Origin: Candidatus Saccharimonadota bacterium
GTDB taxonomy: Bacteria > Patescibacteriota > Saccharimonadia > Saccharimonadales > UBA4665
Assembly: GCA_003516025.1 (NCBI GenBank)
Contig: CP023991.1
Span: forward strand, 270,001-302,000
Direction: 5' to 3'
DNA length: 32,000 nt
The notes under the pieces were generated by a model that saw only the letters and a program-made list of their open reading frames with translations, was not told where the DNA came from and ran no database searches. The number at the start of each line of letters is the position of its first letter. Position 1 is the first letter of the stretch. This document shows positions 6,115-13,517 of the stretch, piece by piece. Position numbers and translations under genes: made by a program.

Positions 6115-6375
6115 TTAGTTGGTGCTGGCCTTCTTGCGCCGGCCGAAGCGAGTAGCTACAGCAACGGCAATAAGTAAGCAGGCAAAGCTTGCGCCGGCCA
6201 GCAAATCAACACCGGTATTCGTCAGGATATTACCGTTGGTGGCTGTTGCGCCGCCGTCAGCAACTGTTCCGGTGCCGGTTGGTGCCGCGGTTGTCGTGCC
6301 ATTTTGGTACGTACTGGTATTGTATGTACCCTCGCCGTAAGCTGCTGAAAAATGGTAATACTGTGAATAAGTCAT
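6115..6375 (-). CDS. 86-aa Thr/Gly-rich protein with an LPXTG-like C-terminal sorting signal
   Basis: The C-terminus is NILTNTG, VDLLAGASFACLLIAVAVATRF, GRRKKASTN, that is, motif plus hydrophobic span plus basic tail. It sits convergent to the sortase. The N-terminus MTYSQYYHFSAAYGEG has no signal peptide. Confidence 0.55.
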   Translation of the reverse strand: MTYSQYYHFSAAYGEGTYNTSTYQNGTTTAAPTGTGTVADGGATATNGNILTNTGVDLLAGASFACLLIAVAVATRFGRRKKASTN

Positions 6376-6458
6376 ATTTGCAATTTTTCCTTTACTAATA
6401 GTATAGCGGTTATGCTATGATAGTAAAGACCTAAATGTAAACGAGGGGAACAAGTATA

Positions 6459-6662
6459 ATGTTTAGTCAATTCGCAATTCTGGATCTGGGAACTCCACAG
6501 TTGCTGCTTATTTTAGCAATCGCCCTATTATTGTTTGGTGGAAAGAAACTTCCAGAGCTCTCTCGCAGCCTTGGTGAATCTATGAAAGAGATTCGCAAGG
6601 GTATGAGCGACAATGATCATTCGGTGGCTAAAAGTGAAGAACGCAAGAGCGAAAACGCTTAA
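6459..6662 (+). CDS. tatA: Twin-arginine translocase subunit TatA/E
   Basis: LLLILAIALLLFGGKKLPELSRSLGESMKEIRKG is the canonical TatA TM plus amphipathic helix. Confidence 0.85.
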   Translation: MFSQFAILDLGTPQLLLILAIALLLFGGKKLPELSRSLGESMKEIRKGMSDNDHSVAKSEERKSENA

Positions 6663-7734
6663 CCGTCCAACTACTCAAGCAGCACCATTCCTGGCTCACT
6701 TAAACGAACTAAAGCGGCGGCTATTCTATATAGTCGCCTCTGTATTTGTGGGCGGCGGCGTGGCTTACGCGTTCGAGCATCACATTGTTGATGTTCTGTT
6801 AAAGCCAGCGGGTGACCAGCAGTTTATCTATACCTCCGTCGGTGGCGGCATGGACTTTCTGTTCAAGGTGGCAATTTATGCCGGCGTGATCGCCAGTATT
6901 CCGGTGATTGTCTATCAGGTGCTCAAATTTATAGAACCGGTAGTGGCCGTTGATTCGAACCGCTTTATCGCCAAAATTACGGTTATTTCGGCATTATTGG
7001 CCTTCGCGGGCATCCTGTTTGGCTACTTTATGGGTTTGCCGAATGCCTTGCATTTTCTACTGCATCAGTTCACGACAGTACAGATTAAGCCGCTGGTGAC
7101 TATCCAGGCCTACATGTCGTTCGTAATGATGTATATGGTTGGATCGGCCCTGTTGCTGCAAGCGCCGCTACTCCTGATATTTATTAACCGCATTAAACCC
7201 CTTAAACCTCAAAAATTAATGGCGGCCAACCGGTGGGTTATCCTGATTGCTTTTATCGGTGCCTTTATTATGAACCCCACACCGAATCTTATTGCCCAGT
7301 GTTTTGTAGCAGTACCAATTATCCTGGCCTGGTTTGTTGGCGTAGGATTGGTCTGGTTTATAAATAAGAAGAGCCTGCGGCCTTCGCACGTCATGGAACT
7401 TATCGAAAAGGATCTGGCAACGCAACAGGAGCGGCTACGGAAATTGGAGCAGGCGATTTCTCTTACAACTATCGCCCAACCGGAACTGGTGCCGGCTTTT
7501 GAACCGTACAGCGCGGCATTTGAAAAACCATCCACTACGCAGATACAAGCTAAGGCCGCGCGGCCTAAAGTTGTTACTGAAGCTCAAGTTCAACCTGACG
7601 TGTCGCGGCAGGCACTGCGGACCGCCGTCGCGGATGTGGCTCCGGCGGTCGTGCAAGGGCAGGGGACGAACGCGGTGCGCCAGGCATATGCTATAGCTGG
7701 CGGCCGGCAAATCCGACGGCGCGTAATTTCCTGA
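6613..7734 (+). CDS. tatC: Twin-arginine translocase subunit TatC with a ~110-aa C-terminal extension
   Basis: The N-terminal motif is HLNELKRRLFY, with about six TM segments. The start is uncertain: ATG 6613 overlaps tatA, and GTG 6634 is an alternative. The tail after ~aa 255 is hydrophilic and Ala/Gln/Pro-rich. Confidence 0.8.
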   Translation: MIIRWLKVKNARAKTLNRPTTQAAPFLAHLNELKRRLFYIVASVFVGGGVAYAFEHHIVDVLLKPAGDQQFIYTSVGGGMDFLFKVAIYAGVIASIPVIVYQVLKFIEPVVAVDSNRFIAKITVISALLAFAGILFGYFMGLPNALHFLLHQFTTVQIKPLVTIQAYMSFVMMYMVGSALLLQAPLLLIFINRIKPLKPQKLMAANRWVILIAFIGAFIMNPTPNLIAQCFVAVPIILAWFVGVGLVWFINKKSLRPSHVMELIEKDLATQQERLRKLEQAISLTTIAQPELVPAFEPYSAAFEKPSTTQIQAKAARPKVVTEAQVQPDVSRQALRTAVADVAPAVVQGQGTNAVRQAYAIAGGRQIRRRVIS

Positions 7735-7739
7735 ATTTG

Positions 7740-7768
7740 TTGACAAGCGTAAGCGTCATGGCTACAAT
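7740..7768 (+). promoter_or_regulatory. Consensus sigma70-type promoter: TTGACA, 17-nt spacer, TACAAT
   Basis: TTGACA at 7740-7745, a 17-nt spacer, then TACAAT at 7763-7768. Confidence 0.6.
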
Positions 7769-7799
7769 ACAGTCATAAACGTAAGCGAAAAAACAAAAA

Positions 7800-7991
7800 A
7801 TGACAAAACCAATCCACACACTCATGCAAAAAGACATGACCCGCAAAGAATTCTTAACGGCTATGGGCTTCGGCGTTGCCTCGATTTTCGGCTTCTCGAC
7901 CCTGATTCACCTCCTCACCGGTAAGTCGTTTGGTCCGATCCAGCACCAGCAGTCCGGCATGGGCTACGGCGCCAGCAAATACGGCCGCTAA
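7800..7991 (+). CDS. 63-aa protein with a Tat-signal-like N-terminus (TRKEFL)
   Basis: MTRKEFLTAMGFGVASIFGFSTLIHLL resembles S/T-R-R-x-F-L plus an h-region, but has RK instead of RR. The gene has its own consensus promoter and terminator and sits immediately downstream of tatAC. Confidence 0.5.
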   Translation: MTKPIHTLMQKDMTRKEFLTAMGFGVASIFGFSTLIHLLTGKSFGPIQHQQSGMGYGASKYGR

Positions 7992-8005
7992 ATTGGTATT
8001 CAACT

Positions 8006-8031
8006 AAAAAGCCCCTTTGTTGGGGCTTTTT
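8006..8031 (+). terminator. Rho-independent terminator
   Basis: AAAAAGCCCC, tttgtt, GGGGCTTTTT. Confidence 0.8.
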
Positions 8032-8098
8032 AGTTTGGCATACATTTTCAGAGGTTTATACTACTAAATAACCGATAATTCTAATAAAGCAGGTACCA

Positions 8099-9538
8099 AT
8101 GAAATTAACAGAGTCAGTTCCCTCTATTGCTATTACTAATTACAAGCGTACGAAGATTATCGCGACCGTCGGACCATCTTGTGACAGCTACGAGCAAGTA
8201 CGAGATATTATTACAAGCGGCGCTAACGGACTACGCCTTAACTTCAGTCACGGCGACCATGAAGAGCATGGCCAGCGTATCAAGTGGATCCGTAAAGCTT
8301 CTAAGGAACTCGGTAAGCCAGTCGCGATTATCCAGGACCTGCAAGGGCCGAAAGTCCGTCTAGGCGACTTCGAGGGTGTCATTAATGTGACTACCGGCCA
8401 GCCGTTGCAGTTCAAATACAAGGGTGAATATGAAGTCGGTGGTCCAATTCCTACTCAGTACGACTTGAGTAAAAAAGTTAAGCGTGGCGAGCGGCTCTAT
8501 TTATATGATGGCAAAGTCCGCACTACTATTACGAGCGTGGACAAAGAGCGGGGTATCGTCCACACCCGCGCCGAAAACGACGGTATTCTCATTAAGCGTA
8601 AAGGTATGAACCTGCCGGATACCGACTTCGCCGGTGATATTATCACCGAAAAAGATATTCGTGACTTGGTCTATGGCTCAACACAGGACATCGACTATGT
8701 GGCCCTTAGCTTCGTCCAGACCGCTCAGGACATCACTGACCTGCATGTCCGCCTCAAAAATCTCAACAGCAGCGCCCGGATTATCGCTAAAATCGAGACT
8801 AAAGCCGCTGTTGATAACATCGAAGAAATCGTCGAAGCAACCGATGCCGTTATGGTTGCCCGCGGTGACCTGGCGGTCGAGACGCCACCGGAAAGCGTGC
8901 CAATTGTACAGCGCCGGATTATCGCCCTCGGTATGCGCTACAGCAAGCCGACCATCGTGGCTACCCAAATGCTGGCCAGCATGACCGATATGCCCGAACC
9001 GACCCGCGCCGAAGTATCCGATGTGGCTACGGCCGTACTGCTTGGCACTGACTGCGTGATGCTTTCCGATGAGACTGCCAGCGGCAAGTATCCGGTTGAA
9101 GCCGTAGCATTCATGAAGCGCATCATTAAATATACGCAGGACAATCAACCACTGAACGTCATCTATCCGGATGTTGAAGACCATGGCCGCCAGGGTTCGA
9201 TTTCCCGGGCTATCATTAGTCTTGCGGATAGTATCTATGCGACTGCCATCGTTGCTGAAACTCTGTCAGGGGCGACTGCCTTGCAGATTTCCAGCCGCCG
9301 CACTAAAGTGCCGGTCATTGCTGTTACCAGCGATGTCCGTACCTTGCAGCAACTGGCAATTGTTTACAACGTCAAAAGTTACTTGCGCCCTGTGAGCGCT
9401 AACGCAGCCGAAAAGCTGACCGCCTGGCTGCGCGATAACAAAGTCCTCAACAAGGGCGACATTATCGTGACTGTTTCTGGACAATATCCGGGAGTCGTCG
9501 GCACTACTGACACCATTAAGGTTCGCGCTTTAGATTAA
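8099..9538 (+). CDS. pyk: Pyruvate kinase
   Basis: Motifs seen: IIATVGPS, LNFSHG, IAKIETKAA, MVARGDLAVE and MLSDETA. Confidence 0.95.
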   Translation: MKLTESVPSIAITNYKRTKIIATVGPSCDSYEQVRDIITSGANGLRLNFSHGDHEEHGQRIKWIRKASKELGKPVAIIQDLQGPKVRLGDFEGVINVTTGQPLQFKYKGEYEVGGPIPTQYDLSKKVKRGERLYLYDGKVRTTITSVDKERGIVHTRAENDGILIKRKGMNLPDTDFAGDIITEKDIRDLVYGSTQDIDYVALSFVQTAQDITDLHVRLKNLNSSARIIAKIETKAAVDNIEEIVEATDAVMVARGDLAVETPPESVPIVQRRIIALGMRYSKPTIVATQMLASMTDMPEPTRAEVSDVATAVLLGTDCVMLSDETASGKYPVEAVAFMKRIIKYTQDNQPLNVIYPDVEDHGRQGSISRAIISLADSIYATAIVAETLSGATALQISSRRTKVPVIAVTSDVRTLQQLAIVYNVKSYLRPVSANAAEKLTAWLRDNKVLNKGDIIVTVSGQYPGVVGTTDTIKVRALD

Positions 9539-9554
9539 GCTTTCTGTTTCTCTT

Positions 9555-9592
9555 AATGCCCTCGTGAGCTTAATGCAGCGAGGGCATTTTTT
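9555..9592 (+). terminator. Rho-independent terminator
   Basis: AATGCCCTCG (9555-9564) and CGAGGGCATT (9579-9588), followed by a T-run. Confidence 0.8.
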
Positions 9593-9597
9593 ATGCC

Positions 9598-9674
9598 TAT
9601 TGACAAGCTGGCTATTACACGGTTCAATCCGACCGTCAATACCCCTTGTGCTTACTGGCAAATGAGCCTAAAAT
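9598..9674 (+). promoter_or_regulatory. pgk upstream region with tandem promoter-like boxes and a conserved 21-nt motif
   Basis: TATTGACA (-35, 9598-9605), 17 nt, TTCAAT (9623-9628). Then CGTCAATACCCCTTGTGCTTA (9634-9654), which contains TTGTGC, 17 nt, TAAAAT (9669-9674). A near-identical motif occurs at 12354-12374. Confidence 0.45.
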
Positions 9675-9710
9675 AAGGCCTAAATAAGCAATAGTAAGGT
9701 GGGACACAAC

Positions 9711-11012
9711 TTGTTTACCAAACAGACAATCCGCGACATTAACGTAAAAGACAAGACGGTGCTGCTGCGCGCTGATTACAATGTGCCGCTCACAAAGACC
9801 GATGGCAAGATAGCTGATGATTACCGCATCCAGCAGTCGCTGCCAACGGTGAAGTACTTATTGGATCAGGGGGCTAAAGTAGTCATCTGCTCGCACCTTG
9901 GCCGCCCGGCAGGCCCTGGCGATAGCGCTAACAGCCTGGTACCCGTTGCGCAACGATTGTCTAACTTGCTGCACGCCGAAGTGCTGTTCGCGCCTGACTG
10001 TGTCGGCGAGCAGGCCCAGCAAACTGTAGCTCAGCTTAAGCAGGGGCAGGTGGCTTTGCTGGAAAATCTCCGTTTTCACCCCGAAGAAGAAAAGAATGAC
10101 CCTGAGTTCGCCAGGCAGCTGGCCAGCCTGGCAGACGTCTTTGTACAGGATGGCTTTGGCGTGGTTCACCGGGCACATGCCAGCACGGAAGGCGTCACTC
10201 ACTACCTGCCCAGCGTAGCTGGTTTCCTGCTGGAAAAAGAAGTCGACACTATCACCGGTGTTATGGAAGACCCGAAGCGGCCGCTGATGACTGTGGTCGG
10301 CGGCGCTAAAATCGCCGATAAGATTGAAATACTGCACCGCTTTATCAAGATAGCCGACTTTGTAGCTATCGGCGGGGCAATGGCCAATACGTTCCTGAAG
10401 GCCCATGGCCTTGATGTGGCCGCCAGCTTGTACGACAAAGAAGAACTGGGCGTGGCCAGCGACATTATGCACGAAGCCGAGCAGGAAGCCAAAAAGCGCA
10501 AGTTCGTATTTTACATTCCTCAGGACGGTGTTGTAGCCACCAAAGTTGATAAAACTGCGCCAACCCGCATTGTTGACTGGAGCGCCCACGTTATCGCTGA
10601 TATTGAAAGTTATCCGAAGCGGGCGGCACACAGTACGGCGCAGGTGGAAGCGCATGAAATGATCCTGGATATCGGACCATTTACCGGTGCCTTCATCGCC
10701 GGCGCCATCCAAAACATGCAAACGGTAGTATGGAACGGTACTATGGGCGTGGCTGAAGTCGATGGCCTGCAGGGGCCGGTCGGACCATTCGCGCATGGCA
10801 CGGACCTTGTGATGGAAGCGATGCTTGGACAGTTCGGAAACAAGCCGTTTAGCGTAGTTGGCGGTGGTGACACGACGGCCTACGTACAGAGCCGCAAGCT
10901 GACCACGGCATTCGACCATGTATCGACCGGCGGTGGTGCCAGCCTGGAACTGATGGGCGGCCGCAAACTGCCCGGCGTCGAAGCCTTAGTAGATAAAGGA
11001 AGTACTAAATGA
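9711..11012 (+). CDS. pgk: Phosphoglycerate kinase
   Basis: Motifs seen: RADYNVPL, CSHLGRP, GGAKIADKI and VGGGDT. TTG 9711 is preferred because the SD AAGGTGGG (9696-9703) lies 7 nt upstream and the N-terminal length is then typical. The track's GTG 9699 overlaps that SD. The stop overlaps the tpiA ATG (ATGA). Confidence 0.93.
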   Translation: MFTKQTIRDINVKDKTVLLRADYNVPLTKTDGKIADDYRIQQSLPTVKYLLDQGAKVVICSHLGRPAGPGDSANSLVPVAQRLSNLLHAEVLFAPDCVGEQAQQTVAQLKQGQVALLENLRFHPEEEKNDPEFARQLASLADVFVQDGFGVVHRAHASTEGVTHYLPSVAGFLLEKEVDTITGVMEDPKRPLMTVVGGAKIADKIEILHRFIKIADFVAIGGAMANTFLKAHGLDVAASLYDKEELGVASDIMHEAEQEAKKRKFVFYIPQDGVVATKVDKTAPTRIVDWSAHVIADIESYPKRAAHSTAQVEAHEMILDIGPFTGAFIAGAIQNMQTVVWNGTMGVAEVDGLQGPVGPFAHGTDLVMEAMLGQFGNKPFSVVGGGDTTAYVQSRKLTTAFDHVSTGGGASLELMGGRKLPGVEALVDKGSTK

Positions 11013-11794
11013 AAAAGACACTTATCGTTGGCAACTGGAAAATGCATCTTAATACTCACCAGGCCAGCCTGCTGGCGCACCGGCTGCATCAGCATGTTGC
11101 CGCTCATCACGACGTGGAAGTGGTCATTGCTCCCAGTAACCTCAGCCTGCAGCCGCTGAGCGTCGAGCTTGACCGCCGCAAATTCCGCTTAGCCGCCCAG
11201 GACGCTTATCCGAAAGACGAGGGTGCTTTTACCGGCGAAGTGTCGTTCGCCATGCTGCGCGACCTAGTACACTACGCGATTGTCGGCCACTCGGCCCGCC
11301 GCATTTATTTTAACGAAAGCCTGGAATTGATCCGCGATAAGGTCGAGTCGGCCGTTCGCAACGATATTTCACCGATCCTGTGTATTGGCGAGACTAAGCA
11401 GGACCGTGATAACGGCGAAACCAAGCAGGTAATCCACGATCAGCTGACCACGGCCCTTAGTAACATTACTTCGGACGATATTACGAAGGTAGTCATCGCT
11501 TACGAGCCGGTATGGGCTATTTCAACCTTCGACGGCGAGAAGGCTAAGCCTGACGACATGCAGCGGGCTATTGACTATATCCGCTTTCAAATCAAAGAAT
11601 TATACGGCGAACGGGCCGCCTTGGCTGTGCGTGTGCTGTACGGCGGCAGCGTAACCGATCATGATGCCGGGGCGTACCTGCGTCTCAAGGGTTGTAATGG
11701 TGTGCTTGTAGGCGCAGCCAGCCTTAATTTCCATCAGTTTGCCGGGATTGTTGAAAGCGCCCATCGCCTGCAGCATGAACGTGGCGTAGCGTAG
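11009..11794 (+). CDS. tpiA: Triose-phosphate isomerase
   Basis: Motifs seen: VGNWKMH, VGHSARR, AYEPVWAI and YGGSV. Confidence 0.95.
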   Translation: MKKTLIVGNWKMHLNTHQASLLAHRLHQHVAAHHDVEVVIAPSNLSLQPLSVELDRRKFRLAAQDAYPKDEGAFTGEVSFAMLRDLVHYAIVGHSARRIYFNESLELIRDKVESAVRNDISPILCIGETKQDRDNGETKQVIHDQLTTALSNITSDDITKVVIAYEPVWAISTFDGEKAKPDDMQRAIDYIRFQIKELYGERAALAVRVLYGGSVTDHDAGAYLRLKGCNGVLVGAASLNFHQFAGIVESAHRLQHERGVA

Positions 11795-11801
11795 TTGGAC
11801 T

Positions 11802-12299
11802 ATGGTCGAAAAAATAACGAAAGCTGCCGCTAAAAAACCGCTGCCGGATACTCTTAAAGACGAGGGTGAATCTATTGTAGTTACGCGCCGGGCGATTATT
11901 GGGTCGCCCAGCGAAACTGACGTTATAAACGCCGCGCCAAAGGTGAAGCTCATGCCACTGAACCAAGACACCAAAGTGGATGCCGATAGCGAAGCCGGCG
12001 AGCAGCCTACTGAAGATAGCCCTGACGACAGCCTGGCGCCTAACCTTGATGCCGAAAGCAGCGAATTGGCGGCCGCCAAGGCCGATCTCAAAACCCAGGA
12101 GCAGGTCGATGCCCTTATAGAGAGCCGGGCCTACGTATTGCCGATTGATGCCGCCGGCAAGCGGGAATCCCGCCTGATAGCCGTTATGGGCACGGCCCTC
12201 ATTCTCGCGTTGACCATCCTGCTGCTGGACCTCATGCTGGACGCGGGATTTATTCGTATTCCGGGCGTCAGTCCGGTAACGCATTTCTTTAGTGTATGA
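11802..12299 (+). CDS. Hypothetical acidic protein with a single C-terminal TM segment
   Basis: A 165-aa ORF 7 nt after tpiA, with an Asp/Glu/Ala-rich N-terminal part and the TM LIAVMGTALILALTILLLDLML. It is not SecG-like. No family was recognised. Confidence 0.5.
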   Translation: MVEKITKAAAKKPLPDTLKDEGESIVVTRRAIIGSPSETDVINAAPKVKLMPLNQDTKVDADSEAGEQPTEDSPDDSLAPNLDAESSELAAAKADLKTQEQVDALIESRAYVLPIDAAGKRESRLIAVMGTALILALTILLLDLMLDAGFIRIPGVSPVTHFFSV

Positions 12300-12306
12300 C
12301 TGTGCG

Positions 12307-12395
12307 TATTGACAAATTATAACGTTTATGTTAATTACCATAATCGTCCAGCACGTCAATACCTCTTGTGCTTAACCCCTCTGGTGGTCTATAAT
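12307..12395 (+). promoter_or_regulatory. Upstream region of the tail-fibre-like operon, with the same box architecture as the pgk upstream region
   Basis: TATTGACA (12307-12314). Then CGTCAATACCTCTTGTGCTTA (12354-12374), which contains TTGTGC, 18 nt, TATAAT (12390-12395). Confidence 0.45.
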
Positions 12396-12425
12396 TGGGC
12401 TAACTAATGAGGATAACGTACTAAC

Positions 12426-13517
12426 ATGGCATCACGATTACCAACCCCCGGCTCTGATGACGGCACCTGGGGCAATATACTCAATGACTTTTTGAATCAG
12501 GCACATAACACCGACGGATCACTGAAACCGCTCAGTCAAGCTCAGATTACTAACCTGACTGCTGATTTGGCGGCCAAAGTAGGCAATACGGATCTCGATG
12601 CTAAAACGGCGGCACTGGTTAGCAATGGGGCTTCGACCACTAATGATGCTCTTAAGGCGGCCGCTGTCGCCGCCGTGGAACAGGCTAGTGAAGTTACTCC
12701 GGCCGGGGTGTGGGACTTTGCCGTTGCTCCAACGGTGAGCGGCTCAGCTCTTACCGGCAATGAGGGCCCTCAGGGCCCTCCGGGACTTGTGTGGCGTGCG
12801 GCGTGGAATACTAACGCTTCTTACGCGGCTGATGACGCCATCAACTATAATGGACGTGCTTTTATCGCGCTACAGGCATCTACTGGAATTACACCTCCTG
12901 CTACTGCCGTAAGTACGGCGTACTGGGGTTTGTTGGCTGACAGGGGTGAACAGGGTCCGGCGGGTACGGGTGCTGCTGGAGTTATCTCACCGAGTGACCT
13001 GGCCCTCAAGGCGTGGGTTTGTGATCCGGTGCTGCTTAATGCCGGTACTCGAACTACTTTTGTCGCTGGGCAATTGAATGGGACACTTATCAACCTCCCA
13101 GCCGATACTATTACTGGCGCGAGCTTCTTTATTGGAGTCGCCGGCGTTGCTCTTACTAACTGTTACTTGGCTGTACTCGACGCCGCAACAGGGAACCGAC
13201 TCGCAGTGACGGCAGATATTTCCAGCACGCTCACGTCAACCGGGGTGAAGCGTGTAGCTTTTAGTGCTCCGTTCGCTGCTATGGGTGGACCCGCCTACGT
13301 CGTAATGCTGATTGGCGGTGGAACTACTATGCCGCAGGCAGTCCGACTGCCTAACACCGACAGCGGTCTCAGCAATGTACGTGGACCCGGCCAGCCGGCA
13401 GGCCGTATTCGTACCGGGCAAATCACTACAAATACCGGCCTCACTGCAGTCCCTGTCACGAACGACATGTCTGGTAACACCGCACAGGCATCGGGCCTGT
13501 GGGTGGGCCTCGATTAA
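12426..13517 (+). CDS. Tail-fibre-like protein with collagen-like triplets
   Basis: The N-terminus RLPTPGSDDGTWGNILNDFLNQAHNTDGSLK is ~70% identical to that of the 3843 gene. LSQAQITNLTADLAAKV is tail-fibre-like. There are short G-x-y runs (GPQGPPG, GEQGPAGTGAAG). There is no signal peptide. Confidence 0.6.
   Translation: MASRLPTPGSDDGTWGNILNDFLNQAHNTDGSLKPLSQAQITNLTADLAAKVGNTDLDAKTAALVSNGASTTNDALKAAAVAAVEQASEVTPAGVWDFAVAPTVSGSALTGNEGPQGPPGLVWRAAWNTNASYAADDAINYNGRAFIALQASTGITPPATAVSTAYWGLLADRGEQGPAGTGAAGVISPSDLALKAWVCDPVLLNAGTRTTFVAGQLNGTLINLPADTITGASFFIGVAGVALTNCYLAVLDAATGNRLAVTADISSTLTSTGVKRVAFSAPFAAMGGPAYVVMLIGGGTTMPQAVRLPNTDSGLSNVRGPGQPAGRIRTGQITTNTGLTAVPVTNDMSGNTAQASGLWVGLD

Noticed and set aside
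6119-6398. 73-aa and 69-aa + strand ORFs
   Set aside because: They are antisense to the 86-aa sorting-signal protein, which has the more meaningful architecture, an SD-like AAGGA upstream and the bidirectional terminator downstream.
8678-9184. A 168-aa minus-strand ORF and several 60-120-aa ORFs inside pyk
   Set aside because: These are shadow ORFs of the well-supported pyruvate kinase frame.
9615-9645. GGTTCAATCC, a T-loop-like string suggesting a tRNA
   Set aside because: The flanking bases do not form a T-stem, and no acceptor or anticodon arms can be drawn. The string coincides with a -10-like TTCAAT box.
9858-10919. A 353-aa ORF on the minus strand
   Set aside because: It is entirely antisense to pgk, whose + strand translation carries all the canonical PGK motifs. 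The antisense product is Arg/Leu/Gly-rich and has no recognisable motif. This is the typical shadow ORF of a GC-balanced coding region.
8099-11794. pyk, pgk and tpiA clustered without gapA, and a PGK slightly longer than usual
   Set aside because: Gene order varies widely among bacteria. The extra PGK length looks like small surface insertions plus start-codon ambiguity, and nothing indicates a novel function.
11600-12359. 163-aa and 211-aa minus-strand ORFs
   Set aside because: They are antisense to tpiA and to the 11802 gene, and they run through the promoter-like region at 12307-12395. There is no motif support.
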